A DNA stretch of 64,000 nucleotides from the NCBI GenBank assembly GCA_012295275.1, contig CM022667.1, positions 12,028,001 to 12,092,000 on the forward strand, in the 5' to 3' direction. The notes under the pieces were generated by a model that did no database searches, was not told where the DNA came from, and was given only the letters and a program-made list of their open reading frames with translations. This document shows, piece by piece, positions 31,908-47,651 of the stretch (positions are counted from its first letter, which is position 1; every line of letters begins with the position of its first letter). The position numbers and the translations under genes were made by a program. The stretch is from Chrysomallon squamiferum (lineage: Eukaryota; Animalia; Mollusca).

Positions 31908-33078
31908 CATAATTGAGGTATAATTATGCGTTTGTTGGGGACACAGTCAAGCAGCAGATATTTTCTGCTTAGATTATTGTTACTGTTATTAATGTTAGAA
32001 GATTAGTTAAACAAAAGACGACATACAACTGTTTTATACTTCTTTATTGTGGAAACGGAACCGGATGAACAGAATCGAACCCAGCAGCTACAAATTATAA
32101 GACTTAACGACTGTATTATCGATGCTGGTACTAAACAGACAGATACTTCAAACTGCGGCTTACATTTGATTAAGTCATTACAGAAATTTCCAACAGGGAT
32201 GATCAAAGTTTGTCGAATTTAGTACCCGATGTAACTCTCCTTCGGTTGTGTAACCATGTCGTAACCGTGTGTTAATTTTTACAGTGTTTTAATACCACGG
32301 AAACATTTCGATTGTTTCTTCCACGGCATCCAATAAAAAGCGATGTACGGAGATAAAACCACGTGATACTCAACACCAGCAATATCAAAACAACAAGCAA
32401 GCCATAACCTCTCTCCCTCTCTCTCTCTCTCTCTCCCCTGGTCCAATTTTCACATCTTTATGCGGCCTTATAAACGCTGTTTATTATTAACATCGGCCCT
32501 GTCTACGGGATGTCTCGTCTCCTCCATGACCCGAATGACCTCTTGTAAATCGATGAATCCAGTAATCTGATTGGTTCTTTGTTGGCGCGACTTTTTAATC
32601 TTCTTTCATTTTTTTTTTTTTTTTTTGGTTAATTTATTTTAATTTTCAATGACGTATTCTTGCGTCAAAGAATATAATTTCACGCTATCTACGCGCAGTA
32701 TGGATAATTTGCCAAACGCTTTGAAACTCGCTGTATTGTGACGTTTTATCGCAACCGAGAGGAAACCCACCGTGGCTTGTTGGATTGTCCTGCGCCTTAC
32801 GCCATAAAAGAAAAACATCCTGTCCTCGGCTGGGTGCCCGTACGTACAAACAATCGTCCCCACCCACTAACAGAAAAGAAGCTAGCGGGGTACCTAAAAC
32901 TGGAGTGTTTGTACCAAGATTGATTACATACAACAAAGAGTTTAGAGACACAGAGAGGTTTCAAAAAAAAAAAAAAGGGTAAATGAAGTCAAAGGCCGCA
33001 GTAGATCCCGTAGACTCCCCGTTGTGATGTGTTTATGGTTTTTTGGTGTTTTTTTTTTTTTTTCTGTCGCTCAGTGTG

Positions 33079-33143
33079 AAAACGCTGGTTTAAAACGCTG
33101 GTTTAAAACGCTGGTTTAAAACACTGGTTTAAAACACTGGTTT
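33079..33143. repeat. 13-bp tandem repeat, 5 copies
   Basis: aaaacgctggttt x3 followed by aaaacactggttt x2. Confidence 0.95.
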
Positions 33144-33324
33144 GCTGCAGACAGAGTTTTCTAACAGAGGTGAAAAAAAAAAACCAGTCTGTTTTTTTTT
33201 TATGTTCTTTCTCTTTCTTGTTATTATTATTTTTTCGTTGTTTTCTTTTTTATTTCCTATCTGCTTTATTTTTATTAATAATTTTTTTTGTTGATATCAC
33301 AGTTGATTTTATAATAATAATAAC

Positions 33325-33409
<85 letters not shown>

Positions 33410-33603
33410 TTAATAATAATAATAATAATTTCATTACAAAATCACATTTAAACTGTGCTATAATTGTCACTACTAACGATGCTACACTAAAAATAACAAC
33501 AGCTACTATTACCGTTACTGCTGCTGCGACTACAACTACCTCTATTACTATGCTACATCTACAGTTAATACTTACTACTACAACTACATTTATTGCTACA
33601 ATA

Positions 33604-33641
<38 letters not shown>

Positions 33642-33799
33642 TAACTACAGCTATTACTGCTACAACTACAAGCACCAATTTAACTTCTGTATAACGTTCA
33701 CTTCTATGATTTTTATTTATTTATAAAATAAAACAAAATAAAATAAAATAAAATAAAATAAAATAAAATAAAATAAAATAAAATAAAATAAATAAATAA

Positions 33800-33836
<37 letters not shown>

Positions 33837-34441
33837 TATATATATATATATATATATATCTCTCTCTCTATGAATTTCTGTATGTATATAAACATACAAA
33901 CACGGGTTGCGTATTATCGTCATACAACAATAGAAAGCATTCGAGGCGCAGTTAAGCCGTGACAAATCGTAAGTGCTGATTTACTTAAAGTGTCAGAAAT
34001 TATCATAATTAAATCATCTTCGATACGTCCACTTTGAAATATGTGCGCATGCCCGGAGACACAGGCTGCGCGAGCCTTCTGGTTGCAGGTCAGTACAGAA
34101 GTACTCTGACATTTGACACTATGTGTCATGCGATGTTTATTTCACGTGAAATCAGCAAGATAAAATTGCTGTTTCGCAGATAGGATCTTTATGATAGAGA
34201 TCGCATTTCACCTGTTATGTGTGGCATTTTTATATATTATATTTTTATTTCGGTATTTCATTGTTTGATTGCTATTTTTTTTTTTTTGTTTTCTGTTTTT
34301 TTTTTTTTGTTTTGTTTTGTTTTGTTTTTTTTGTTTTTTTTTTTTTATTTTTTTATTTTATTTTTTTATTTATTTATTTATTTTATTTATTTATTTATTT
34401 ATTTATTTACTATTTATTAATTTATTTATTTATTTATTTAT

Positions 34442-34481
<40 letters not shown>

Positions 34482-35380
34482 GTTGTTGTTGTTGTTGTTG
34501 TTGTTGAATAAATAAAAGTATGAAACAAAATTTAAAAAAAAAATTGATGAAAAATTCTTAAGTACGAGAGGGAAATATTAACAAATAGAATTAAAGAAAA
34601 CTGCCATTCTCTCGTTATAAAAATATTTATTATCACTGTTTAAAATTTATTTATTATTCGTTTATTTTTATTAATACATCGTATGTACGTAAGTTTATTA
34701 ATTAATCTTATTTATTTATTTAATCCTTTAATTTATTTTATATTTATTTATTTATTCTTTAATTAATTAATTTATGTATTTATATATTTATATATTTTAT
34801 TATTTATTTATTTTTCAATTAATTTATCTATTTATTTATTTATTTATTTATTTATAACTGATTTCATTTTCGTTTATTAATTCTTAGTTTACATTATGTG
34901 TTTTAATGGTGGTGCAGTCAAGAATGATAAAATAACGAATTTGTTTTATAAACTTTACACACATACGCTTTCTGGTTCGGCAGTCTTAGCCAGTCGAACG
35001 TAAAGAAAAATGCGGGGGGTGTCACTCACTGTTTATCAAACCAAACTAAGAAAGAAAGTAAAAAAAAAAATATATATATTGTATGAATTAAAAAAATTCG
35101 CTTACTGAAAGTCGAAAGTTAAATAAATACAGTTTATTACAAACTAACTGCTTATCTTGTTAACTTCGGATAAAGAAAAATGTAAAACAGGAAACATGAA
35201 GAAAAACAGCGAAGTAAAAAGAAAAAACAACAACAACAGCAGCAGCAACAACAAAATTTAAACAAATTTAAAACAATCAAAAATAAAATGTGAAAGAAAC
35301 AGGTTTAAACTAATACATTAATTCTGATATGAGTTATGCTAATTTGAATGCTTGAATCAACCGTTTTTCATAGTTTTTGT

Positions 35381-35419
<39 letters not shown>

Positions 35420-36953
35420 TTTTATATTATTTATTATTTTTTTTTAAATTTGTTATTCAGACTTTCTGAGGTTAATAGCTTATGAAATAAATAAATTACA
35501 ATATAATAAATAAGATAATCAAAAATAATAAAAACTAAACAAATTTTTAATTTAGAAAATAACGTAGTACAATTTCAGTATACTGAGTGAGATAAATCAT
35601 ATCTATGGACAATGCATCTTCATTTTAAACAAATAATAAAAATATCAGTGATAATTTACAAATTTTGATTTTATCTGTGAAAGCAGACAATTTTTTTGTT
35701 ATTTTATCAAAAACCGTGAATTAAAAAGTATTCCAATTACAGAAATACTGTATATATAATAACATTAATTACTTAATAGATAAGACAGTATATGGAATAA
35801 ACAAGGTAATAATAATAATAATAATACATATATATATATATATATATAATAATAATAACAATAATATATATAATAATCATAATCATAATAATAACAACAA
35901 AACAAAATTAAATATGAAATATAATAAAAGATAATAAATAAAAAATAAATAATAAATATGGAAAAAAACAAATAAATAAATAAACAAAAAAAACAAATAA
36001 ATAAACAAACAAATAAATAAAATAAAATAAAACAAAACAAAATAAAACATTATAAAATAATATAAAAGAAAGTCCGCATGATGCAGATATTAAAATTTAA
36101 TGTTTTTGTTGTTGTTGTTATTAAAATTAATATTATTATTATAATTATTACTGTTGTTGTTTGTGTTAATGATGATGCTGTTGTAAAATAATAATAATAA
36201 TAATAAAAATAATATGACTATGACTATGCCTATGACTAGGATTATTATTATGAATAATTTGAAAATAAATATGAATTTGAATAACAAAAATATAAATCTT
36301 CAAAGAAATCGAAGTAACTCGAACAATCTCAAAATTCGTCTGGAAAGATTTTCAAATGGAGGGGGAGGCTCGAACCATTTTCACTTTTGTGCCAGGAACC
36401 TCGTCTTCAAATTGATCTTGAACAAGAGTTCAGTCGTTGTTTTTTATTTATTTATTTATTTTTGTATTATTATTATTATTTTTTACACCGTGTGTGGAAA
36501 GAATTAACGGGTTAGCTGAAAAAAACAACAAAAAACAACAACAACAAAAACGAAAAAACAACCCCAAGACGTAAAACAAAAATAAATTATTTTTAAAAGT
36601 CATAACACGTGTTTTTCCCAACACATACATCAAGGCGACTGCGTCGTGTTGGTGTTTGTACGGAAACTCGACACCGTCAATTTAGCCAAGTCTAGCAGCG
36701 GCCCAGACGCCCGGGTATCGGGAAACAATACCCTCGCAGTCACCCGCCAGGCTCACCAACGCTTTATTTTATCCCCTGCGTCCGCCCGAAAGGTCTAGAA
36801 AATTTTTTTTCAGTTTTTTTTTTTTTTTTTCGACGTAGTTGATTTATTCGTTGTATCAAAGACAAGTTGGTGTTCTAGAGCTCAGTGTAAATGTGTGTCT
36901 GTGGTGTTTATTTATTTGTTCTTTTTTAAAAAGGAGTGAAAGAAAGGTGTGTG

Positions 36954-36985
<32 letters not shown>

Positions 36986-37043
36986 GAGAGATAGAGAGAG
37001 GGAGGGAGGGAGGAAGGGAGAAAGAGAGAGAGAGAGAGGGAGG

Positions 37044-37123
<80 letters not shown>

Positions 37124-37161
37124 AGAGAGAGAGAGAGAGATAGAGAGGGGGGGAGGGAGGG

Positions 37162-37196
<35 letters not shown>

Positions 37197-37267
37197 GAGA
37201 AACCCACAAAAAATACACCAAAAATCCACACGAAAAATAAACAAAACATCTAATTTTGTTGTTATTA

Positions 37268-37329
<62 letters not shown>

Positions 37330-37845
37330 GATGTTGTTATTATTATATTTTGAATTATATATTTATTTATTTATTTATTTATTTATTTTTTTTTCTTTTA
37401 CAATAAAATACAGATTCAGATAAAATTTATTTTCATTATAAGGATGGAAACTGGAAGGACTCGGCTTTGTGTATATATTAAGAAACAAAATGTAATGTTT
37501 TGTTTTTCTTTTTAAATAATACATTTTAATCAGTCTGAGAAAAGTAAACATTTGACACATCAATAAACATACAAATAGACATTTTTAAAATTTAAAGAAA
37601 TATATATTACGACTTGTGAATTTATTTATTTATTTATGTTTGTTTAACTTCTCAAGTCGTAAGTTATATTTTTATAAATTTTTAAAAATTATTTATTTAT
37701 TTTATTTTTATTTTTATTTTTATTTTTTTCTTGCATGTGTTTTGTAAGGTCAGAATTATTATTTTAATGTATTTCCCCCCAGTGTATTTAAAATGTAAAA
37801 CAAATCCATTATGGTGATTATAACAAGTTTATACCAGAAACAAAA

Positions 37846-37878
<33 letters not shown>

Positions 37879-38714
37879 ATAAACTACTGAGAAAAAAAAA
37901 TATTTACTGATCTTAACATAATAAAACGTGGTCATCAGAAAGGTTAAAAAAACAACAAACACCAAAAACAACGTCCCACTAATTTGTTACAATGATACTG
38001 ATCAGTGGCAGCAACTTTGACAGCGTCAAATGTAATGTCACGAACAAATGTTTCGAGCGAGGAGCACTAATATATAAACTTATAATTATAAACAAGAACT
38101 GAATTACAGTGTTTTTTTTTAAACATGACCCGCGTCAAAGAGTGAAAACAAGGGGAGATCAATGAGAGTTAATGAAGAATGTCTTGGTTCAATATTTATC
38201 TGTCAAAAACTAATCGCTGTGTAATGACGTTCGTCAAAGCTGCTGTATCTTAAATATTGGATTAGTGCAGTCATGCTACAGTAGAGCGTGTCCGTGATTT
38301 TCCTTGGTGCTCTCAACACCTGCTGCATTGTAGTTGACTGGTGGTTTGAATTCGTAAACATTTATCATGCACGAAAGAGTCAGAGACACACAAGAGAAAC
38401 AGACAGACTGAGAGAGAGAGAGAGAGAGACAGACGTTTTATTTATATACGCAATTATAAGATGTGCCAGAAGAAAGAAGAAAAAACAACAAACAAATAAA
38501 TAAACAAAAAAAAAAAATAAAAAAAAACTTCAGATATTTAAATTTGAAAAAATATATATATATAATTCTGAAAAAGAAAGATAAAAGATTAGTTTAAAGA
38601 TCATTTTGTATTGTTTTACTCATTAAATTAATAATAATAACTATAAATTGGATAAATGTATTTATTATTATTATTATTATTTTTTTAATGTATAATTTGT
38701 TATTATTAGAACTC

Positions 38715-38784
<70 letters not shown>

Positions 38785-39689
38785 AAACGATGGGTAGATA
38801 GATAGATAGATATGATAAAGAAATAGATGAAAGATAGACACAGACAGACAGACGGACAGACACATAGATACTGAGATAGATGATAGATAGGTAGATAGAC
38901 AGATAGATAGATAGATAAATATGTAGACAGATAGACAGACAGAACTCCAGATGTACAGTTAGAGACAAAGACAAACACGAAAATAAAGAGAATTAGACAT
39001 TTATGTCACAAGTTAATCACAAAAATAAAAGGAAACTTTTTTAAAAAGAAACATCTGAAACTGAAGTGCCATCACCTTTAAATAAATAAAATAATAGCAA
39101 CAAAAAAAACAGAGACAAACACCAAAAACAAACAAACAAACAACAATATTTAACAACTTTATTCATCTAAATTACCGTTTCACTTCTTCCTTTGTTTTCT
39201 AATTCTACCAGACTTTAAATGACAGAATGCAACGATCCAGTGCTAAATCTCATTTTCAGCCAGCAACCAACAAATCATACTGAAATATTTAATACTAAAT
39301 CACTGTGCTAATAGCTATTATGGAGGAAATTACAAAGGGAAGACAAAAGACTCGCGCCATCTTATTTAATTGCGCCGATAAAGCGACACCTATATTTCTG
39401 TCTCCGCTGATAAAAAAAAAATGGATGTCTTTTTTGTTGTTTTCGTGGGACGTGAAGTAGACAGGGTCATATTATAGGATAAATATTTAAGTTATTTATT
39501 TACTGATTTATTTTTTGGATGTTGTCACAAATATTAATTTAGTTTTTATCAGTTATTTCCGTCTCGTTTCATACAATGATTTATATTTAGGAAGGTAGCA
39601 TTCATTTTCGAATGCAGACGAAAATTATAAATATGATTTGTGAACCTAAGAAGCCAAAATGCGATATTACATTTAAACAAGAACAAAAC

Positions 39690-39743
<54 letters not shown>

Positions 39744-40796
39744 TAAAAAAAAAAAATAAAAAAAATAAAAAAATAAAAAAATAAATAAATGAATGAAAGA
39801 AAGAAAGAAAGAAAAAAGAAAGACTATAATGTAGTAATCCAAAACCACAGTTAAATTTAAACAAATGAAATAAGAAAAAAAATAAAAAATAAACAGCAAA
39901 AGAACTGTACCAAAACAATTAAGGTATTAAGGTTTTCATTGGGTTTTGGGGGATTTTGGGGTTTTGGTGTTTTTTTTTTTTATATATATATATTTCTCGT
40001 TTTATTGTATCTCATCTCACTTTTTATTTTCTCTCTGTTACAAAAGCCAGACACACAAAAAACATGCTCGGACAAGTATCGAAGCAGATGCAAAAAAAAA
40101 AAAAAAAAAAAAGAAAAAGAAAAAGAAAAGTTAACCCATCACTCATTATCTTCTCTTTCTGTGACTGTGTAATTACCTCCAGTAATTCATTTCCACAACC
40201 TGCGCCAACATGCTTGTTAATTTCACATGAAAACGATGCACGTCATTTTCACAGCGAGGTAGACAGCGGCTCATAAATGCCATGTGTCACCTTCAGTGCC
40301 GCCGATGTCGTAGTAAAATGTTTTTAGGTGTTGACGAATGACCGTTAACAGCCGCTATTCAATGCCCTATTACACAATTACGGCGCGGCACAGAAAACAT
40401 GTAAAAATCACCGGTCACAGTTTTGATTTGTATTTCATTGGAAAATGACACTTACACGTCGAATGTTACACCCCTTGTTTATGAAGAATGTTCGGTCCTC
40501 TTTAGCAGCACAGCTAGTTAAACACAGAAGCACATTTTCTTCTTGAGCAGTTGTGGGGTAAGAAACAAGGCCTGGGTCAAACGCTACTCGTTTTAATGAA
40601 TGATTCCGTGTTTAAGTTCGTCCATTGAAAAATGGTCTGAAAGTACTTCACGTTTATTGCACGTTTCTGAAATGGCCCGAAGTGAAATGAAGAAAACGTT
40701 TATTACCGGATAACTGTAAACTGTTTTTGCATGATTGTGGGTGTAATTATGTTGTTTGATAGCGAGTGTTTGCTTTTTTTTATTGTTTTATTTATT

Positions 40797-40827
<31 letters not shown>

Positions 40828-41790
40828 TTCTCTAAGTTGTACGTGGGCCTGTGTAATATATATATATATATATATATTTGCATTGTGTGTATGTATATGT
40901 GTGTATGTATATGTATATATGTGTGTGTGTGTGTGTGTGTGCTTTTCTGAGCGTGTATGTGTTCGTGCATGATTTAGTGTGTTTGTATGGTTGAGTGCAT
41001 ATTTAGTTGTAAATAATTAGGATTAGGTTGCCTATGTTTCCGTATGTGCATACGAGTATATTTGTATGTATATATATAAATATATGGCAAACATTATTAA
41101 ATCAACGTTTTAGCTAAATGAAACAATGCAACAAACTCCTGTATTGTTTGCTCATCACTGATTTTTGAAAAAAAAGAAGAAAAAAAAAAGAAACTCTTAA
41201 CATCACTCAATAATTAAGAATATAAGCAGGATAATAAATTCTGATAAGATCAAGTTAAGGAAAAACAAAAAATTTAACAGAAACTACTTTCAACTGTCAA
41301 TGTTCTGTTGAAATTCTGTTGACCAGTTGTCCGTGACTGCTGTTTCTTTTCTGTTGACAGTTCTCAACGGGCGCGTGGCTTTTGTTTTTAACAAATACCT
41401 GAAATGTTGTCGTTGTGAATTGTTTTCGTTAATCATGGAAACACACGCGAAAAAGTCACAGAACTGAAACTCGCGGAACAAGCGTGCGAAGGATTAATCT
41501 CGTCGTTTCTGAGGCGGAATGTCGTAGCAGGGTGTGACGTTTTGAATTTGTTCTCAAATTCTTCTGTCAGGACCCGTCTGTGACGTTGTGACGTTGTGAC
41601 GTTTTGACGTTGTTGTCATGGAGAAATCAGTATGAGCGGTGTAAGAAAATCGTGTGTTGTGCTCTTGAAGTTTAACAACAGAAACGAAAATAAATAAAAG
41701 CGACAGTTGCCGAAACACGAAGTAAGCAAAGGAATTTAGAAATTAATAACAGTATAAATAAATAAATAAACAAATAACTAAATATGGTAA

Positions 41791-41821
<31 letters not shown>

Positions 41822-42544
41822 AATTGAATAAAATAAAATGAAAAATACCATCAAAAAAAAAAAAAAAAAAGAAAAAAATTAATAAAGCAATAAAACAACG
41901 AGAAAAAATAAACGTAACAAAAAGAAAGAATAAAAATAAAACGAAAACCCCTGCAAAATAAAACAACAACATAAAATGTAAAGAACAGAAGAGAAAATAA
42001 AATAAAAATACAAACAACAACAAAAAAAGAAACCAAAAATGTCATCACCAACAAGAATAATAATGTTAATATTCAAATATTTAAAATACCAGACTGATAA
42101 CAATTAAAGCAACAAAAGAAAACGTATAAGCAAAAAACAAAGCTAAATAATTAAGCTATCACCTACATGAAAATATACAAAGAAAAATAAATAAATAAAT
42201 AAAAACAATAACAAAATCATCATCAGCAACAATAATTACGTATAACTTAGATATAATTTTTAAAATGTGTTTTCTTTAATAAATGTTAAAAATTAGAAAT
42301 TCTCAATAACTTCTTTACCGACAATTTTACCTATTTCATAAAATCATATTAATTTTATTTACACGTTAATTCAAACACTTTTATAATGACTGTTGTTTTT
42401 CAGATTGTTGTAAAACTACTGAATGTCAAATAATGACATTGTATTAATCATATGTTTTAAATAAATATAAGAAAGGGGACAGAATCTGAAAGACTTTTTT
42501 TTGTTCTTTCCGAAAAAAAAAATACATCCAAAATTTAAAAATAA

Positions 42545-42575
<31 letters not shown>

Positions 42576-43864
42576 AAAGGAAAGAAAGAAAATCATCTTA
42601 AAATAAGCAAAATCCTTAAAATTAAAGCTCTAAGTTCGTCAGCTCGATCTAGTCCCTTAAGACTACGTTCGTTTCAAGAAAACAAAGTACAAAGTAGGAA
42701 AATACAGAAGAAAAAAAAATTTCCTTTCACGATTGAAGAGTATCTTCTAAGGAAGATAATTAACACTTAAAAAGTTCATAATCTATTTTTGCGTCATAAA
42801 AGCACAATGATTTCTATGACAACAAATGTATACTTATATAAATAAATAAATAAATAAAAAAAAAAAATCGTCATCTATTCCGTCCCTAGTGTCCAACCAG
42901 GTTTCTAAGGAAAGAACATTTACTTGTCCAAAAGCAGACGTTCGTTCTTTGATCTTTAATTGTGAACTTTGAGTTGCAGGTAATTCGGTGTTTAAATTGC
43001 TTACACAATTGTGATTACGAACAATCAACAAGTACAACTTATCTACACGTCGTGTATTTAGTAGACTAATCTACTTGATGAGGTTCCCACAAGGGGATTA
43101 CTTCGATAAACACAAACAAAACAACGCCATATTAAATGTAAAGGGAGATAATAAAGGTGTGATGACGTAAAGACGGTGTTTTCAGATTGCGATCTTAGTT
43201 TACGGTCATTTCGTATTAAACAAGAGTTTTAAATAGCGAATAATTAGTAAATATAATTAAATTTAAAAAAAGAAAGAAAAAGAGAATGAAATAAAACATA
43301 ACAAAATTCTAATACAATAAAATGAAATAATAATAAAAAAGAACTAAACTAAACTAAATTAACTAAATTAACTAAACTAATAAAATAAAATATTTTAAAA
43401 AGCGAATTCACGTTACACAGATTAAGAAAGTTGCAAAAACGGACAAAGACACAAACATTACTGAAAAAAGAAAAAAAGAAACACAATTTACTGTCAGTTC
43501 CAAAAATAATACTTAAAATAATAAAACTAATATTAAAATTAATTAATACAAAGAACTATTACTACTAGTACTACTACTACTGCTGTTGCTACTACTACTA
43601 CAGTTGATACTACAACTACTACCACTACAGCTACAGTTACTACTACTACTACTACTCCTACTATTACTGCTATTACTACCGCTACTACTATTAATATTAC
43701 AATTTTTAAATAAATTAATAAAAACAAAACAAAACAGCCCACTAGCCAAACAAGAAACGTTTAGACATATATATATAATATTTATACTGGTATAAGACTC
43801 CTGAAACATAAACAGATAAACAGATTAAAATAAAAACAAACAAATAAATAAATAAATAAAAATA

Positions 43865-43895
<31 letters not shown>

Positions 43896-45554
43896 AAGAA
43901 AGAAAAAAACAAAGAAAGAACGAATAAACAAACAAACCAAAAAACAAAAACAGTTTTCTATTACTCCTAATTACTTTAAATACAAATGATGATATATGGA
44001 ACACTGTATATGTTAAAACGTTTATTGGCAGTGCAAAAGCAATTTACACATAACACCAAGCTCTAATCTCTAATTTCTTTATAAACGCAAATAAAATAAG
44101 ATAAAAACCTTCGGGCGGACCCCAAGTACAGCCATAATTACTTTTTTTTCACCTTCTTCTTCCAAATCTTCATACTGAGCAAAATGAGAAAAGGCGTTCT
44201 CCTTTGATGTTTTCGTAAAGAAATATTTATCACTTGTCCATTTATTTCGCTGGACCATTGTCATTATCAACAATCATTCGAAAATGGGCTTTTGAGCGTA
44301 TGTTTACACTTTTCATTAATTAGTTTAATAAAGATTAATCAATTCCCCGATGACGTTTTTAGCTGGCCGGTGATGGAGCGAGTTTAACAATCTCTTTTGT
44401 GAACAGCGGCAATGTTTAGACGAAAGACAGATAAAAAAAATTTACGGGTAGGAGCGAAATAGGTGACAAGATGGCCCCGAGCTGCACTAAACAAGTCGAA
44501 CAGCCCATTTATCAGTCCAGGCTTGTGTAAATATCGTGTGTACACTCAGCTAATTTAAATATCGAGACGTTAATTTATTTGGTGACGAGCGAATGATTGT
44601 TTTATTTTTTTTTTTTTTTTTTTATTTCTATAACTCGGTTATGAAGATGTTGGTAATAACGATGACGTCATCAGTGATAATCATGGTGACGTCATTTATA
44701 AGGATTATGCTCTAAGAACATGTCAGTAATAATGGTAAAATAATGGTACTGAACGTGCAAGAATAATGATACTAATAGCAATAAAGGTGATAATGCTAAT
44801 AAATATAATTACATCGGTGGTGATAATAATAATAACAGTATTAAAATAATACCAATTAAATTATAATAATAATAACAGAGTAGTAGCAGTAGTAGTAGTA
44901 GTAGTAGTAATAATAATAAATACATGATTATATCAAGATAACTTGATAATGCTAAGAAAAAAGAAAAGAAGAGATATTAACAATGAAACAATAATAATGT
45001 TAATAACAGAGAGGTCATTTTTTGTTATTAGTGTACAAATCCAAACGATGATAACACAAATAAGAATAGCAGAGATTATGCTGTTTCGGCAATGGAAATC
45101 CTGATGATGCAATATTTAGAAAGGAAATCATCTGCCATCACATAAGATATTCCTTTATCGGTCAGTGACCTTTAAGCTATGAAACTGCTGTCTATCATTA
45201 TTGCTATACACAAACATAAATTTAATAAAATGCAAAAGAAAGATAGAGGCTGCCTGACTATAATATCTCATAGATACATACATACTTATAGAAATATATA
45301 CACGCATATATATACATACATACACACAGGCACGCGCGCGCGCACGCGCACACACACACACACACACATACACACATACAACCATCCATATATATTTATA
45401 TAGATAGATAGATATAGATATAGATATAGATACATATATAGATAGATAGATAGGTAGATAGACAGATAGATAGATACATAGATACACATACATACATACA
45501 TACATACATTCAGACACACACACACACATTCACACACACACACACACACACAGT

Positions 45555-45582
<28 letters not shown>

Positions 45583-45585
<3 letters not shown>

Positions 45586-45790
45586 TTGGCCTTCGAAGCG
45601 CGGGCGAATGGAGCCATACGTTCGAGTCTCGTCAGCGGCATCTGACGGGTTTGTATGGTCGTGATTGAACTTTGTCCTCCTGCGCCAGTGCGTTCCCGAA
45701 TATTGTCTATGTGCAGAGTCTAATCAGACGTACATAAGACAGAGAATATTCAAAATCCTAAACTACATACATAGATACATACTTACATAA
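45583..45790 (+). mobile_element. Possible degenerate tRNA-derived SINE fragment
   Basis: Isolated GC-rich block with a B-box-like GTTCGAGTC at 45620-45628 and a (TACA)-like tail. The A box is weak and there is no second copy in the window. Confidence 0.25.
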
Positions 45791-47399
45791 CACACGAACA
45801 CACACAATACATAAATACGTCTCTGTTTATTAAAGTTTTATTAATCCACAAATATCAAACGATTGTTGAAAACAGCCACTATGCAACACAACACACAGAC
45901 CAACACAAGAAGTAAACGAAACCTTTTTAGTTATAATTAAGTAGATAAAAACAACTATAACAAATTAGTCGGTTTTTGTTTCAAGAATTTTTTTTTTTTT
46001 CCTCTGATATTGTTTTATACATAAAATTGAGAGGAAAAAGGAAAAAAAAAAAAATAAAATAAAATAAATAAACGTGCCTAATGGGGTTTATCCAGAAATC
46101 GCATTAAGTTGTAAAATGACAATATTTATTTATGTTATCCTTTGTGAGACGCCGGAATATAGATTAGTTAATCAACCGATCTTTTATTTTATTTTATTTA
46201 TTTTATTTATTTATTACTTTTTTTTTTTTTTTAAAACGAAGGAAAAAGAATAAATAAAAAAATCTTCGGAGATCATTCACATTCATGAAAAATAGATATT
46301 CAAAGTTATTTTTTTCTCTCTGTCTTTCTCTCTCTTTCTGTCTTAAAAAATAAGAAATTATTTATGGCCTGCATTTAACACATCGTAATGTAAATTACTG
46401 AATCAGTCAATTTTAACAAACCGATTGAATTTCATTTTCATTTTCACACAAGGCTACGACAAGGAAACTTTCTGTGACAGTGTTTTTCTTTAATACGTTT
46501 TTTTTTTATTTCACATAAAACTTTGACAAGCAGACCTTCAGAGATGGTGTTTTTTTTTTTTTTTTTTTTTTTTTTTTCCATATACTGGTATGATAAGACA
46601 ACCTTGTGCTTTTTTCGTTCTTGCTTATTATTTTTTTTTTTTTTTTTTTTTTGGTTTCTTTTTTTCTTTTCTGCTTTCATTCAATTTACGAACGTGTGAG
46701 ATAATTTCGAGGTATCGAAAGTAACCTTGACTTTTAACACGAACAGCGCTCCTGGGTGTGAATTCAGAAATGCTCATTGCTTATATTTCATAAAAGACAT
46801 GGCAAAAACGTCGTATTTACATTTTAATTGCTTTGGCAGTAACGTGACCTACGAGACAATGCAACAGACAGCTGATTACAGCAATTTAAAATTTTATCCC
46901 ATTTACCACTGTAGACTTCAATATCGAATATAATACATGCACGTGATTAAAATACACACATAACGTAAATATGAACAGGTAAGCACGCCAGCAGGTGTCA
47001 TATAGTTTTTTGCTGAACTGGTAATAAATTCAGAGAATTATTTTGAATTTTTTTTTTTTTTTAAACTTTTGATGTATATATTTTGCCTTCAAAGTTGTTA
47101 AACATTATAATCAGCCAATTTAGGTTGGAACATTAATCTTGGTAGGTTGGAAATAAATACTTGACAGTTAACACATGCGTGTGTAATACATATATACATT
47201 ACATGCAAAATGTACATATTTATAGATATTTCATCATATAGACAGACATCCATTCTGGCTTGCATTTACATATGTGTGTATATACGTATATGTGCATACA
47301 TGAAGATATATGCGATTCTTATTATATTTACATGTTTTTAGTCTTTATTCTAGTTGTTCTGCTCTTTCTTCTTTGTTTCTTTTTCACTTTTCTTTTCTT

Positions 47400-47579
47400 C
47401 TTTACCATCGTATTTTTTTATCTTCTTGTTCTTCTCATTCTTCTTATCCTACTTCTTCTTTTTTCTTCTTCTTCTTCTTATCCTACTTTTTCTTTTTCTT
47501 CTTCTTCGTCATCTTCTTCTCGTTCTTCTTCTTCTTCTTCTTCTTCTTGTCCTACTTCTTCTTCTTCTTCTTCTTGTCC

Positions 47580-47611
<32 letters not shown>

Positions 47612-47651
47612 CTTCTTCTTCTTCTTCTTCTTCTTCTTCGTCTTCTTCTTC
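47400..47651. repeat. (TTC)n-based compound repeat
   Basis: TTC tract with recurring tcctact interruptions. Confidence 0.93.
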
